A stretch of 63,747 bases of DNA, the filler included, from Chiloscyllium plagiosum (Eukaryota), in the NCBI RefSeq assembly GCF_004010195.1. It is 4 parts of one record of this genome, joined end to end, with 100 filler letters (N's around TTAATTAATTAA, not from the genome) between each part and the next. Parts side by side here need not be neighbours in the genome. Positions count along the whole stretch, not along the records: positions 61,464 to 63,747 come from NC_057710.1; 3 more parts are not named here. The stretch is one strand, 5' to 3'. Below, one piece after another: positions 63,581 through 63,747 of this stretch. Positions within the stretch are counted from its first letter, which is position 1; every line of letters begins with the position of its first letter. The notes below the pieces were generated by a model that saw only the letters and a list, made by a program, of their open reading frames with translations, did not search any database and was not told where the DNA came from. Made by a program: the position numbers and the translations under genes.

Positions 63581-63747
63581 GGATCAGTAGTGCTGGAAGA
63601 GCACAGCAGTTCAGGCAGCATCCAACGAGCAGCAAAATCGACGTTTCGGGCAAAAGCCCTTCATCAGGAATAAAGGCAGTGAGTCTGAAGCGTGGAGAGA
63701 TAAGCTAGAGGAGGGTGGGGGTGGGGAGAAAGTAGCATAGAGTACAA
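63581..63747 (-). mobile_element. Penelope-like element terminal repeat with hammerhead motif (runs off the window)
   Basis: Minus strand attcCTGATGAagggcttttgcccGAAACGTCgatt at ~63636-63671. Confidence 0.88.

Overview
Eukaryotic, repeat-dominated non-coding DNA (intronic or intergenic). The repeat complement (HE1-type V-SINEs, CR1/HER1-type LINEs, DeuSINE relics, Penelope-like elements) points to a cartilaginous fish, probably a shark; this is inference from recognised repeats, not a database result. I found no recognisable host protein-coding exon, RNA gene or CRISPR array. Long ORFs in the track are microsatellite translations, N-gap read-throughs or retroelement fragments. Content: many nested and truncated CR1 LINEs; L2, RTE and Rex1/Babar fragments; a second LINE family with a partner SINE sharing its 3' tail; an LTR with polypurine tract; a decayed two-gene PIF/Harbinger relic; microsatellites; and three artificial 100-bp contig linkers. 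The most notable signal is about ten Penelope-derived short insertions carrying minimal hammerhead-ribozyme motifs. Four of these are inverted-arm hairpins flanked by 13-16 bp target-site duplications, and their inner boundaries repeatedly fall at the hammerhead. Coordinates of degenerate elements are approximate.
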